Shown here piece by piece: positions 8,992 to 18,436 of a stretch of DNA of 64,000 bases. This DNA is from Acidimicrobiia bacterium. Lineage in GTDB: Bacteria > Actinomycetota > Acidimicrobiia > Spongiisociales > ZC4RG35. The translations under genes were made by a program, and so were the position numbers. The notes under the pieces are model-generated. The model saw only the letters and a program-made list of their open reading frames with translations. It did no database searches and had not been told where the DNA came from. Every line of letters starts with the position of its first letter. The first letter of the stretch is position 1. The stretch spans positions 1,949 through 65,948 of the forward strand of contig DATKEA010000017.1 in the NCBI GenBank assembly GCA_035544615.1, given 5' to 3'.

Positions 8992-9696
8992 ATGATCAGC
9001 ATCGACAACAACCCGATGGTGGTGGGTCACCGTGGCTGGCCGGCCCGGTTTCCCGACAACACGCTGGCCGGTTTCATGGCCGCCGCTTCGGTGGCCGATG
9101 CCGTCGAGCTCGACGTTCGGCGCTCGGCAGACGGAAAACTCGTTCTATCCCACGACCCGTCTATTGGAGGGCTCCCGGTGTCATCCCACCAGTGGAATGA
9201 GCTCCTTGAACTCGATCTCGGTGACGGTCACCGCCCGGCGCTTCTCGACGAGGTGGTGGCTGCGCTCCCGGATCTCGCGATCCAGTTCGAGATCAAGAAT
9301 TCCCCGCATGAGGCCGGGTTCGAGCCCGATCACCGTCTCGCGCTGGAGACCGCGGCCAGGGCCAGGCCCAAGGACGTAGTCATGTCGTTCAACTGGCAGT
9401 CGATGGCCGAAGTTCGGCGTGAGTTCCCCGACGTTGCGACGGGGCTGTTGGTGGGGGGCGCAGGTGACGTTGGCCTGGCCGTCGATGAATGCCTCAACCT
9501 GGGACATGCCGCGTTGTTCCCATCGGTCGACCTGCCGACTCTCGGGGTGATCCACGGGCTGGCGAGCGGGCTGCAGGTATTTTCCTGGGTGGTAAACGAC
9601 ACCGAGCGGGTTGGGGAATTGGTCGGTGTCGGAGTGTCAGGCATCATTACGGACGATCCTGCCCGGGTCCGGGCGATAGTTGGGAGAGGCCGGTGA
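8992..9696 (+). CDS. Glycerophosphodiester phosphodiesterase (GDPD family)
   Basis: HRG..xxxPENT-like N-terminus (VGHRGWPARFPDNTLAGF) and the catalytic E.D motif (VELDVRRSADGKLVLSHD). Confidence 0.75.
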   Translation: MISIDNNPMVVGHRGWPARFPDNTLAGFMAAASVADAVELDVRRSADGKLVLSHDPSIGGLPVSSHQWNELLELDLGDGHRPALLDEVVAALPDLAIQFEIKNSPHEAGFEPDHRLALETAARARPKDVVMSFNWQSMAEVRREFPDVATGLLVGGAGDVGLAVDECLNLGHAALFPSVDLPTLGVIHGLASGLQVFSWVVNDTERVGELVGVGVSGIITDDPARVRAIVGRGR

Positions 9697-10157
9697 GCAT
9701 CAGAGACGAGCTCGTCCACGAGCTCAGAGACGCCATGAGGGCAAAGGACGGGCCCCGGCGCGACGTCATCCGCCAAATCGAGACCGAGGTGTCCCAGGCG
9801 AAGAGCCAGCCCGGGTTCACCGGTGAGCTCGACGACGACCTCTACCGGGGTGTGATCGCCTCTTACGTCAAGAAGATGGACAAGTCGCGCCAGGAGTACC
9901 TGGATCTTGGCGAGCGGGGCCAAGCCATGGCCGACAAGCTCGGCTTCGAGGTCGAGTATCTGTCCCGCTGGTTGCCCTCGAAGCTGGACGAGACGGCCAC
10001 CCGGGCATTGGTCCTGGCCGCGATCGCCGAACTGGGTGTCGCCGGAGACGCCAAGGCAGCGGGGCGAGTCACCGGACACTTGATGAAGAGCCACCGAGAA
10101 GATCTCGATGGTGGCCTTGTCAACCGCTTGGTCCGTGAGGAGCTGGCCCCCGATTGA
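9693..10157 (+). CDS. GatB/YqeY domain-containing protein
   Basis: VSIRDELVHELRDAMRAKD... matches the YqeY N-terminus. The GTG start overlaps the GDPD stop (GTGA). Confidence 0.65.
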   Translation: MSIRDELVHELRDAMRAKDGPRRDVIRQIETEVSQAKSQPGFTGELDDDLYRGVIASYVKKMDKSRQEYLDLGERGQAMADKLGFEVEYLSRWLPSKLDETATRALVLAAIAELGVAGDAKAAGRVTGHLMKSHREDLDGGLVNRLVREELAPD

Positions 10158-11095
10158 CCGTGCCCGATTACCAGCCGATGCTGGCCACTTCGTGGCCGGC
10201 AGCGTTCGACGATCCCGGTTGGTGGTTCGAGATCAAGTGGGATGGCTATCGCGCCATCGTCTCCGCCGATGGGAGGGAGGTCCGTGCCCGATCCCGGCGC
10301 GGGCTCGACCTGATCGGGCGGTTTCCCGAGTTGGCGGGTCTTGACATTCCCGATGGTGTGGCTCTCGATGGGGAGGTCGTGGCGTTCGATGAGCAGGGCC
10401 GCCCCTCGTTCTCCCACCTGCAGCGACGGTCAGGCTTCGCTGGCGGGGGCACCCGGGCCGATGTCGGTGTCAACCTCGTCGTCTTCGATGTCCTCTTTGC
10501 GGGAGAGGACCTCACTTCCGTTCCTTACGAAGGACGACGAGCCCGGCTCGAGTCACTCGAGCTGGCCATGCCGATCATCGTGCCCGAGGCGACGCCCGAG
10601 ATGGGGACCTCATTGTTCGAGGCGGCGCGCTCCCAGGGACTAGAGGGGGTGGTGGGCAAGCGACGCGGCTCGCCATATGTGCCGGGTCGCCGATCACCCG
10701 ACTGGCGCAAGGTGGCGGTGAAGCGCCGGCTGCGGGCGGTGGTGGGCGGATATCTGCCCGGAGAGGGAGGGCGGGCTTCCACTGTCGGTTCGATCCTCGT
10801 CGGGCTCAACGACGAGCATGGTTTGCGCTGGATCGCGGCGGTCGGGTCGGGTTTCGACGAGCCGGCTTTGCAGGCGTTCTCGGCAGCGCTGCGCCAGATG
10901 GAGCGCCCTGTGAAGCCCTTCTACAACGATGTGATCACTCCCAAGCCAATCCGCCCGGTTTGGGTCGAGCCCGAGATCGTGGTCGAGGTGGAGTACAAGG
11001 AGTGGACCCACGACCTGCATTTGAGGGCACCGGTCTACAAGGGGATCCAAGTCGCCGACCAGGAGACGGTCACCTGGGCCGAGGAAGGGCCTTAG
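10154..11095 (+). CDS. ATP-dependent DNA ligase, ligase domain only (LigC / LigD-LIG type, NHEJ)
   Basis: Adenylation motif I KxDG (EIKWDGYR) and an OB-fold C-terminus, convergent with a Ku gene. No polymerase or phosphoesterase domain is present. Confidence 0.8.
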   Translation: MTVPDYQPMLATSWPAAFDDPGWWFEIKWDGYRAIVSADGREVRARSRRGLDLIGRFPELAGLDIPDGVALDGEVVAFDEQGRPSFSHLQRRSGFAGGGTRADVGVNLVVFDVLFAGEDLTSVPYEGRRARLESLELAMPIIVPEATPEMGTSLFEAARSQGLEGVVGKRRGSPYVPGRRSPDWRKVAVKRRLRAVVGGYLPGEGGRASTVGSILVGLNDEHGLRWIAAVGSGFDEPALQAFSAALRQMERPVKPFYNDVITPKPIRPVWVEPEIVVEVEYKEWTHDLHLRAPVYKGIQVADQETVTWAEEGP

Positions 11096-11156
11096 TGGCC
11101 AGTCGCAGGAATCGCGGCGGTGTCTGTAACCCTCGCCCTGTTTCAGCGAAAGTCCA

Positions 11157-11957
11157 CTAGGAGACTTTTGCCTTTTGTGGCTCCTTGGTCTTGGTGGCCT
11201 CGACCGACGCCTTGAGAGCCTCGAGCAGATCGACGACTTTGGTCGGCTCCGGTGAAGTGGTGGTGGCGACGATCTCCTCGCCCGCAACCTTCTTGGAGGC
11301 GAGATCCTCGATCACTTCCCGAGTGCGATCGACATATGTGTCCGCCGCGAAGGGCTTGGTCAGATTGTCGATCAAGGAGGCGGCCATCTCCACTTCTTCG
11401 GGTCTGATCTCGACATTGGCTTCGAGCTCCTCGAACTCGGCGGCTCGCAGCTCATCCGGCCAGTACATCGTCTCCATGACGATGACGTCTTCTTTGACCC
11501 GTAGGGTCGCCAGTTGCTGCTTCTCACGGATCGACACCTTGGCGATGGCGACCCGCCCTTTTTCCTCGAGCGCTTCGCCGAGGATCTTGTAGGCCTTGAC
11601 CCCGGTCTTTTCAGGGATCAAGTAGTAGGAAGACTTGTAGAAGATCGGGTCGATCTCACTTTCGTCGACGAACTGGACGACATCGACCAGCTTGTTGCCC
11701 TCCGGGTGGGCCGACTCGAGCTCTTCGTCAGTGAATACGACGTAGCGGTCCTTCTCGAACTCGTATCCCTTGACGATGTCGTCCCACTCGACTTCGTTGC
11801 CGTCGGCTTCGGCCACCCGCTTGTAGCGGATGGGCGAGTGGTCGGTCTTTCGCAGCTGCTTGAACTTGGGCGTCTTGTTGTCGGTCGCGGTGTACAGGCC
11901 CACCGGGATGGTGACCAGCCCGAAGTTGATGGCGCCTTTCCAGATCGCACGTGGCAT
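11157..11957 (-). CDS. ku: Ku protein (non-homologous end joining)
   Basis: N-terminus MPRAIWKGAINFGLVTIPVGLY is the bacterial Ku signature. The C-terminal tail is lysine-rich. Confidence 0.9.
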   Translation of the reverse strand: MPRAIWKGAINFGLVTIPVGLYTATDNKTPKFKQLRKTDHSPIRYKRVAEADGNEVEWDDIVKGYEFEKDRYVVFTDEELESAHPEGNKLVDVVQFVDESEIDPIFYKSSYYLIPEKTGVKAYKILGEALEEKGRVAIAKVSIREKQQLATLRVKEDVIVMETMYWPDELRAAEFEELEANVEIRPEEVEMAASLIDNLTKPFAADTYVDRTREVIEDLASKKVAGEEIVATTTSPEPTKVVDLLEALKASVEATKTKEPQKAKVS

Positions 11958-12215
11958 GTGACCAAGTCTATGCCGCTAAGCCGACAAGAAAGTCGTCTTG
12001 AGTCGCTACATCTCGGTCATGCGGACTCTCGTCAGTCCTTTAACCCTGTGGTCCGCCTGATCCTCCGGTCGAGGAAACGCCAGCAAGAGCACTGGTAGAA
12101 CCCTCACCAAGGAACTGGGCGATCACCGACGCGTTGAAAGCCGTGCCGTTCCCGACCTCGTTGGCCCCACAGAGGGTTACCGAGTGGGAGCCCGCTGCCA
12201 CCGCCACAACGCTGC

Positions 12216-12725
12216 TCACACCGAGCCCGGTATCCTCGTCAGCGACGGCGGGGGTGGCGAACGATGTAGCACCGGGAACGCTGTTGGAAGGTTCCTCATC
12301 GAGGATCCCACAAGCCCCGTTGTGATGTCGGGGACGACCGTCTCTGTCGGGGTTTCGAGGAATCGTCTGGAGTCGCCTTCTGAGTACCCGAGGATGAACG
12401 AAGTCTTGGCAAGCCATCGAACGAGATGTACGTGACCTGCCTTGGTCAACCGTTCGTTCGGACTTGCCAGCCAGCGACGCAACGTCTTGGCGGTGTCGAC
12501 TTCGAGTCTGCTCATCCATCCTGAGTTACAGGATTCGCACGGGAGGCGGATGGTGCGCTCCGTCAAAGTGGCCGATTCGCCTACGGCCTGCGAGGTGGAG
12601 TCGACCGACGTGATCGTCATCCCTCGGTCCACTCCCAAGGCATGACAGATGGGTTTCGAGAGGATGTGTTCCTTCGTCTTTTTTCCGTCACCGAGGCAGA
12701 ACGGGCACTTCACGGCGAGAACCAT
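12216..12725 (-). CDS. Hypothetical protein with two CxxC pairs and HNH-endonuclease-like motifs
   Basis: CPFC...KEHILSKPICHALG ... CESCNSGWMS is read as an HNH-like zinc-finger arrangement. It lies in a gene-poor, lower-GC stretch. Confidence 0.3.
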   Translation of the reverse strand: MVLAVKCPFCLGDGKKTKEHILSKPICHALGVDRGMTITSVDSTSQAVGESATLTERTIRLPCESCNSGWMSRLEVDTAKTLRRWLASPNERLTKAGHVHLVRWLAKTSFILGYSEGDSRRFLETPTETVVPDITTGLVGSSMRNLPTAFPVLHRSPPPPSLTRIPGSV

Positions 12726-12916
12726 AGCACGAACATGTGTTCGGGTTTAGTGGCGACGGCGTTCACACCGAATCGGGAGTCGGGTGGGTTTCTCCGACGG
12801 GATGTCGGGAGGCGTGCCGTCGAATCACTCGAAGGGGGATGGGTAGCCAAATGACTCCGGCCGGAGCGCTCCGATGTCCCGAGCAGAGGAAGCCGTGCAG
12901 TCTCGGCTGGGTGGCT

Positions 12917-13381
12917 TCAGCCGAGACAGTTGGGTGCCGCGTTCAATGCTGCCCTTGCCTCCCGAGCCGCGGGACTGTCCGAGTCGGCGGCGGCACCCCA
13001 CTCAAAGAACTCGCGAGATGCGGCATCGGCGCCGATAAGCAATCCTTCGGGTTCGTTGGCGAACACGAACACCTCGCTGTCGATGCCGGGGGCCGAACCC
13101 TGAAGGAACCAGATTTCAGTGGAGGAGTCGCTGCCAGACGTATCGGCTTTGGCGGTCGCCTCGACAGTGAGAGTGCCACTGCCGGTCCAGGCGTCGGTCA
13201 TGGTGGCTCTCTCGGATGCGGACAATGGAGCGCATGACACCGAGCCGGCATCGAGACCTCGCCTGGCCATCTGAAAGGCGACGAGGGCCACGATCACGAA
13301 GGCGGCGATAAGGCCGAGTACTACCAGCGCGAGAATCAGACAGCCGGATCGCCTCGGCTTGGACTCCGCGGTCGGAGGCAT
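12917..13381 (-). CDS. Single-pass membrane protein with an extracytoplasmic domain; probably the 3' part of a frameshifted DUF2510 gene
   Basis: TM helix (CLILALVVLGLIAAFVIVALVAF) followed by a Ser/Thr-rich extracellular region. The upstream part of the frame continues without a stop into the DUF2510 ORF region. Confidence 0.35.
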   Translation of the reverse strand: MPPTAESKPRRSGCLILALVVLGLIAAFVIVALVAFQMARRGLDAGSVSCAPLSASERATMTDAWTGSGTLTVEATAKADTSGSDSSTEIWFLQGSAPGIDSEVFVFANEPEGLLIGADAASREFFEWGAAADSDSPAAREARAALNAAPNCLG

Positions 13382-13626
13382 AGCAGTCGGTGGTGCGTTT
13401 GGGTCGGGACTTTGGCTCCGGTCCACGTCTCGCCATCCCAGTACGCCTGATGTTTCGCTTTCCCGGCTGGATCGTTGTACCACCCCGGCGTGGACGGGAA
13501 GGTGTCAGCAGCTGGTGTGGCCGGTTCTCCAGGGCCGCCTACGAGGCGCTCGTACTCCTCTCGGGTGATCATCCCTTCGGCCAGGAGCTTGCGGAGTCGT
13601 TCCAGATCGTCGGACCCGTCGCTCAA
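13336..13626 (-). pseudogene. SHOCT-like plus DUF2510 (GWYNDPAG...YWDGETWT) N-terminal gene fragment, apparently separated from its TM/C-terminal part by a frameshift
   Basis: LRKLLAEGMITREEYERL is a SHOCT-type helix and GWYNDPAGKAKHQAYWDGETWT is the DUF2510 motif. The reading frame overlaps 12917..13483 by about 46-150 nt in a different frame. Confidence 0.4.
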
Positions 13627-13851
13627 TCGTTCCTCCAGTCGGGCTGACTATGTAAGTTGTCGGACGGCGAGCATGTAGGTCTCGATGGTTCTCGGGCTTC
13701 TCCTGCCAGCCCGAAGGTCGAGGGTCCACGATTCGAGGGCCTTGAGAATGTCCATGCCGTCCATTCTGCAACCGGGAAACCGGGTGCGAACCGATCCGCT
13801 CTAGTCTGACTTGACAGAGTCTGACCTAAAACCCCTGGTCAGAGAGTCTTG

Positions 13852-13923
13852 CGCTCCCGGCAGGATTCGAACCTGCGCACCCGGCTCCGGAGGCCGGTGC
13901 TCTATCCCCTGAGCTACGGGAGC
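13852..13923 (-). tRNA. tRNA-Arg (anticodon CCG)
   Basis: The reverse complement GCTCCCGTAGCTCAGGGGATAGAGCACCGGCCTCCGGAGCCGGGTGCGCAGGTTCGAATCCTGCCGGGAGCG folds into a canonical cloverleaf with anticodon loop cTCCGga. Confidence 0.85.
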
Positions 13924-13986
13924 GGACTGGGTCGAATGGTACGTCGTCGAGGGGGCAACCCGGCAACCCGGATTACCCTTCCCCCG

Positions 13987-14184
13987 ATGTCAGAGCGAGC
14001 GCCCGACAAGCGGCCGGACGAGGAGAGCAGACACCTCGCCTCCGCCGTGGGGATCGGAGCGGCCATCGGAGTGGGAGCCGGGGCCGCCATGTCCGCGGTC
14101 TCGGGTGAGGCCTTCTGGATCGCGATCGGTCCGGCCATAGGGGTGGCGGTCGCGGCCGCGTTGGGCTCGGCGAGAAGTGGCTGA
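13987..14184 (+). CDS. Small glycine-zipper membrane protein (hypothetical)
   Basis: 65 aa: MSERAPDKRPDEESRHLASAVGIGAAIGVGAGAAMSAVSG.... The ORF-track start at 13849 would overlap the tRNA-Arg. Confidence 0.3.
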   Translation: MSERAPDKRPDEESRHLASAVGIGAAIGVGAGAAMSAVSGEAFWIAIGPAIGVAVAAALGSARSG

Positions 14185-14227
14185 GCCCGTTTCGCTCCCC
14201 ACCCTTGGATCCCGGTCGGCACCGGCG

Positions 14228-15445
14228 ATGAGATACCTATCGACGAGAGGAGATGCGGAGCCTCTCGACTTCCGTGGCGCCATGCTGACCGGACTCGCCC
14301 CGGACGGCGGCCTGTACGTCCCCGAGGTGATCCCCTCGCTCCCCCAAGGTTGGGAGAAGTGGAGCTACCAACAGTCGGTCACGGTGGCGTTGACCCTCTT
14401 CGGTGCGGAGCGGGTGGGCCCGATGGTCCTGGAGGCAGCATCCCGGTTTAGGCACCCCGACGTCGCCCCTCTGGTCCCGGTGGGGGATCGTCATGTCCTC
14501 GAGCTGTTTTGGGGCCCAACCCTGTCCTTCAAGGACCATGCGCTTCAGATAGTGGCCCGCATGCTCGACCGGGAGTTGGGAGAGCAGAGAACGATCCTGG
14601 GCGCCACTTCGGGAGACACCGGCTCGGCGGCAATCGAGGCCTGCCGGGGGAGGCCAAACCTTCGCATCGTTGTCCTCTTCCCGGAGGGCAAGGTCTCCGA
14701 GTTCCAGCGGCGACAGATGACCACCGTCGACGACCCCAACGTGCTCGCCGTGGCGGTCGACGGCACCTTCGACGACTGCCAGGCGATGGTCAAGGAGGCC
14801 TTCGGGCGTCATGTTGGATTGCTCGCCTTCAACTCGATCAACTGGGCGCGGGTGGCGGCTCAGGTCGGCTACTACATCCACCTCGCCGCCAGGATGGGGG
14901 AGCCATTCGACGTTGTCGTACCCACCGGCAACTTCGGCAACGTCTTCTCCTGCTGGGTGGCGAAACGGATGGGGGCGCCGATCGAGACAATCACCATCGC
15001 CAACAATGCCAACCGGGGTCTCGCCAACCTGGTGGGGACCGGATCGATGGACCGGTCGGACGTGCTCCCGACCCTGGCGCCGGCTATGGACGTTGGAGTC
15101 CCGTCGAACCTGGAGCGTTTCACAGGCGACGCCGGCCTGGAGTTCGAAGCCGGGTTCGCCGATGATGAGCAGATCAGGGCAACCATCGCCGAGGTCGACC
15201 GAAGACATGGCTACCTACTCGACCCACATACGGCGACCGCCTGGTTCGTCGGGGAGGAGAAGGTGGGGAGCAGGCCCCAAGTGGTGGTGGGGACGGCACA
15301 TCCGGCCAAGTTCGCCGAGGCCGTTCAGCGCTCGATCGGTCGTGTGCCCGAGCCACCCCCCGGCTTCGAAGACCTGCTCAACAGACCGGAGCGAGTGGCT
15401 CGAATCGGCTTGGATCCTTCACAGCTCGACGGCCTCATCAGTTGA
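14228..15445 (+). CDS. thrC: Threonine synthase
   Basis: MRYLSTRG N-terminus, the PLP lysine region (PTLSFKDHALQ) and a GATSGDTG-type motif. Confidence 0.85.
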   Translation: MRYLSTRGDAEPLDFRGAMLTGLAPDGGLYVPEVIPSLPQGWEKWSYQQSVTVALTLFGAERVGPMVLEAASRFRHPDVAPLVPVGDRHVLELFWGPTLSFKDHALQIVARMLDRELGEQRTILGATSGDTGSAAIEACRGRPNLRIVVLFPEGKVSEFQRRQMTTVDDPNVLAVAVDGTFDDCQAMVKEAFGRHVGLLAFNSINWARVAAQVGYYIHLAARMGEPFDVVVPTGNFGNVFSCWVAKRMGAPIETITIANNANRGLANLVGTGSMDRSDVLPTLAPAMDVGVPSNLERFTGDAGLEFEAGFADDEQIRATIAEVDRRHGYLLDPHTATAWFVGEEKVGSRPQVVVGTAHPAKFAEAVQRSIGRVPEPPPGFEDLLNRPERVARIGLDPSQLDGLIS

Positions 15446-15626
15446 TCATCGCGCGATTGCTTTGCGCAATCACAACGAGCAGCTACGATATGTCCTGTTG
15501 GCGGCGCCAAGGGACGTCGCAACGACCCACTCAAAGCCCTCATTCGAGGCATGCCCCATTGTGAAGCAATGGTGCGTAAATCCCGGTCCGATTGAGCCCG
15601 CCTAGGGACGAATCGCGAAGGATCCA

Positions 15627-17114
15627 ATGACTACACGAGCTCAACTCCAGAGCAAGTCAATCGACGAACTCAGGCAAATCGCCGACGCCGTGGGCATCGA
15701 GACCGATGGTCTGCAGAAGTCCAAGCTGATCAGTGCTCTCGTCGATGCAGGACAGGTAGCCGAGGCATCGCCGACCGAAGATGTCGAGCTGCCCCAAGCC
15801 ACACCTCGCACCGAGCGGGTGGCGCAGAACGGCGAGGAAGAGTCGGACTCATCCGAGACGGCCGAGGCGCGCCCCGAGCCACGCCAGGGTGGCCGCAGTG
15901 ACTACGGCGACGACCAGCGGCAGGGAGCCAATCGAAATCGCAACCGTCGCCGACGAGGCGGTGGGCGTGAAGACGAGTACATCCCGGAGGAAGATCTCGA
16001 GACTCGCGAGGGCCTTCTCGACACCTTGCCCGAAGGCTATGGATTCCTGAGGGTCACCGGGTACCTGCCCGGCGACAACGACGTATACGTCTCGGCCAAC
16101 CAGGTGCGGAAGTTCCGCCTGCGCAAGGGCGACATCGTCTCCGGCCCGATCCGCCCCCCGCGTTCCAAGGAGAAATTCCCCGCGATCGTTCGCATCGACA
16201 AGGTCAACGGAATGACTTCCGACGAGGCGATGAAACGGCCCAAGTTCGAGTCGCTCACCCCGCTGTTCCCCGATCAGAGGCTTCGTCTCGAAATCGACGG
16301 GCGAGCCGAGGGGATCCTCACCCGGATCGTCGATCTGATCGCGCCGATCGGGAAAGGGCAGCGTGGGCTGATCGTCTCGCCACCCAAGGCGGGAAAGACC
16401 ACCGTCCTCCAGGAGATCGCACAGGCCATCACCACCAACAACCCCGAGTGCTACCTGATGGTGGTTCTGGTCGATGAGCGCCCCGAAGAAGTCACCGATA
16501 TGCAGCGGTCGGTCAAAGGAGAGGTTATCTACTCCACATTTGATCGTCCCGCCGAAGAGCACACCCAGGTCTCCGAGCTCGCCCTGGAGCGGGCCAAGCG
16601 GCTCGTCGAGATGGGCACCGACGTCGTGATCCTGCTCGACTCGATCACCCGTCTGGCTCGTGCCCACAACCTGGCCACGCCGGCGTCGGGACGAATCCTC
16701 TCCGGTGGTGTCGACTCACAGGCCCTGTACCCGCCAAAGCGATTCTTCGGCGCCGCCCGAAACATCGAAGAAGGAGGGTCGCTCACCATCCTGGGAACGG
16801 CACTCGTCGAGACCGGCTCCAAGATGGACGAGGTCATCTTCGAGGAGTTCAAGGGCACCGGCAACATGGAGCTCAGGCTCGATCGCAAGCTGGCCGACAA
16901 GCGGATCTACCCCGCGATCGACATTGAGGCGTCGGGAACAAGAAAAGAAGAGCTGTTGTTCGACCGTACGGAGCTGGCACAAGTCTGGAAACTGCGCCGA
17001 GTCCTCCTGGCCCTGGAGTCGGGTGCTGCGCTCGAATTGCTCATCGATCGCTTGAAGACAACGAAGTCCAATGGCGAGTTCCTCGCCGAAGTCGCCAAGA
17101 GCAGCGGCAACTGA
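15627..17114 (+). CDS. rho: Transcription termination factor Rho, with an Arg/Gly/Asp-rich N-terminal insertion
   Basis: RNA-binding CSD (GYGFLR...), Walker A ([17 protein letters not shown]) and the Q/R loops. The insertion [19 protein letters not shown] is typical of actinobacterial Rho. Confidence 0.9.
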   Translation: MTTRAQLQSKSIDELRQIADAVGIETDGLQKSKLISALVDAGQVAEASPTEDVELPQATPRTERVAQNGEEESDSSETAEARPEPRQGGRSDYGDDQRQGANRNRNRRRRGGGREDEYIPEEDLETREGLLDTLPEGYGFLRVTGYLPGDNDVYVSANQVRKFRLRKGDIVSGPIRPPRSKEKFPAIVRIDKVNGMTSDEAMKRPKFESLTPLFPDQRLRLEIDGRAEGILTRIVDLIAPIGKGQRGLIVSPPKAGKTTVLQEIAQAITTNNPECYLMVVLVDERPEEVTDMQRSVKGEVIYSTFDRPAEEHTQVSELALERAKRLVEMGTDVVILLDSITRLARAHNLATPASGRILSGGVDSQALYPPKRFFGAARNIEEGGSLTILGTALVETGSKMDEVIFEEFKGTGNMELRLDRKLADKRIYPAIDIEASGTRKEELLFDRTELAQVWKLRRVLLALESGAALELLIDRLKTTKSNGEFLAEVAKSSGN

Positions 17115-17130
17115 GAATTAGGAGACCGCG

Positions 17131-17397
17131 GTGCAGACCGACATTCATCCCACCTACGGCGAGACCAACGTCACCTGCTCGTGTGGAAACACTTTCGTCA
17201 CCAACAGCACCAAGCCCGGTGACATGCACGTAGAGCTCTGCAACGAGTGTCATCCGTTCTTCACCGGCAAGCAGAAATTGGTCGACACCGGTGGCCGTGT
17301 CGAGCGTTTCCAGAAGCGCTACGGCAAGACCGTGTTCACCAAGGCCGGGGATCCGGTCCCCGAAGGCGCAGAGGCTGAAGCCGTCGAAGCAGAGTGA
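17131..17397 (+). CDS. rpmE: 50S ribosomal protein L31
   Basis: [22 protein letters not shown]...[13 protein letters not shown], the zinc-ribbon form of L31. Confidence 0.9.
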   Translation: MQTDIHPTYGETNVTCSCGNTFVTNSTKPGDMHVELCNECHPFFTGKQKLVDTGGRVERFQKRYGKTVFTKAGDPVPEGAEAEAVEAE

Positions 17398-17473
17398 GCC
17401 GCCCCTCCCCTCGACATCGAAATTGGGACACACAGGTCCGGATTTGACCCCTGACCGTCCCCATCAGAAAGGG

Positions 17474-18436
17474 GTGAGCGTCGACCCCGCCAAAACGGTG
17501 GGAGGCCAGGCAGTGATCGAAGGCGTCATGATGCGCGCCCCAGGAGCCTGGTCGGTTGCGGTGCGTCAACCCGACGACTCGATCGTGGCTCGGCGCGACC
17601 AGCTGGAACGTCTCTCCAAACGCAACCGTGCCGCCCGGATTCCCCTGGTGCGCGGGATCCTCGTTCTCTGGGAGTCGCTGAGCCTGGGGTTCAGGGCTCT
17701 TTCCTGGTCGGCCGAGAAGGCGGCAGGGGAAGAGGAGGAGCCGCTGACCAAAGCCCAGATCGGCTGGACCATGGCGTTGGCGATGACGCTGTTCGCCGGT
17801 TTGTTCATCCTCTTGCCCGCCCTTGCCGCAAGTGCGGTGTCGGGCGAATCGGGAATCCTGTTCAACGTCATCGAGGGCCTGATCCGTCTCGCCCTGTTCG
17901 TCGGCTACATATGGGTGATCGGGCGCTCCAAGGAGATCGCCAGGGTCTTCGAGTACCACGGTGCCGAGCACATGTCGATCCACGCCTATGAGGCGGGGGA
18001 GCCGCTGAGCATCGAGTCTGTCGGGCGCTATCCACCCGAGCACCCTCGCTGTGGCACCAGTTTCCTTCTTATCGTTGTACTCGGCTCGATCATCCTTTTC
18101 TCCTTCTTCGGTCAGCCGGGCTGGGCTTTCCTGGTGGCCTCCCGTCTTCTCGGCATCCCGATCATCGCCGGGCTTGCCTACGAGTTGCTCCGCTGGTCGG
18201 GAACCAGGAGCACCGGCGTGTTGGCACAGGTCCTCGCCGCTCCCGGGATATGGCTTCAGAAGCTCACCACCAGTGTTCCTGACAGATCCCAGATCGAAGT
18301 AGCGATCTCGGCCCTGGTAGTGGCTCTAGACGACGACATGCTGGAGGACGTGCTCGGGCGAGGCGGCGTGCCAGATTCGGCGCTGTCGGCTCGTCTCGCT
18401 GTAGTGGGAGCTTCGCCTCCTCTCGCCGGCGAATGA
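17474..18436 (+). CDS. DUF1385 family membrane protein (YqhQ-like)
   Basis: [14 protein letters not shown] and a polytopic TM core. GTG start at 17474 after AGAAAGGGG. In many bacteria this gene lies between rpmE and prfA. Confidence 0.65.
   Translation: MSVDPAKTVGGQAVIEGVMMRAPGAWSVAVRQPDDSIVARRDQLERLSKRNRAARIPLVRGILVLWESLSLGFRALSWSAEKAAGEEEEPLTKAQIGWTMALAMTLFAGLFILLPALAASAVSGESGILFNVIEGLIRLALFVGYIWVIGRSKEIARVFEYHGAEHMSIHAYEAGEPLSIESVGRYPPEHPRCGTSFLLIVVLGSIILFSFFGQPGWAFLVASRLLGIPIIAGLAYELLRWSGTRSTGVLAQVLAAPGIWLQKLTTSVPDRSQIEVAISALVVALDDDMLEDVLGRGGVPDSALSARLAVVGASPPLAGE

Noticed and set aside
11958-13851. Integrase or recombinase expected for an island at tRNA-Arg
   Set aside because: No tyrosine or serine recombinase motifs (R..H..R..Y, or an S-recombinase N-terminus) were found in any frame. 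The region is reported only as a probable remnant.
13849-13986. ORF-track start of the small ORF at 13849
   Set aside because: It overlaps tRNA-Arg on the opposite strand. Only the distal part, from the ATG at 13987, is plausibly coding, and even that is low confidence.
15445-15627. Missing thrB between thrC and rho, and a small palindrome ttgcgcaa in the gap
   Set aside because: Loss of thrB from this position is a known synteny variant. The 8 bp palindrome is too short to support a terminator or attenuator call.
15627-15990. Arg/Gly/Asn-rich low-complexity insertion in Rho as a possible novelty
   Set aside because: An N-terminal insertion of this composition is a well-known feature of actinobacterial Rho proteins.
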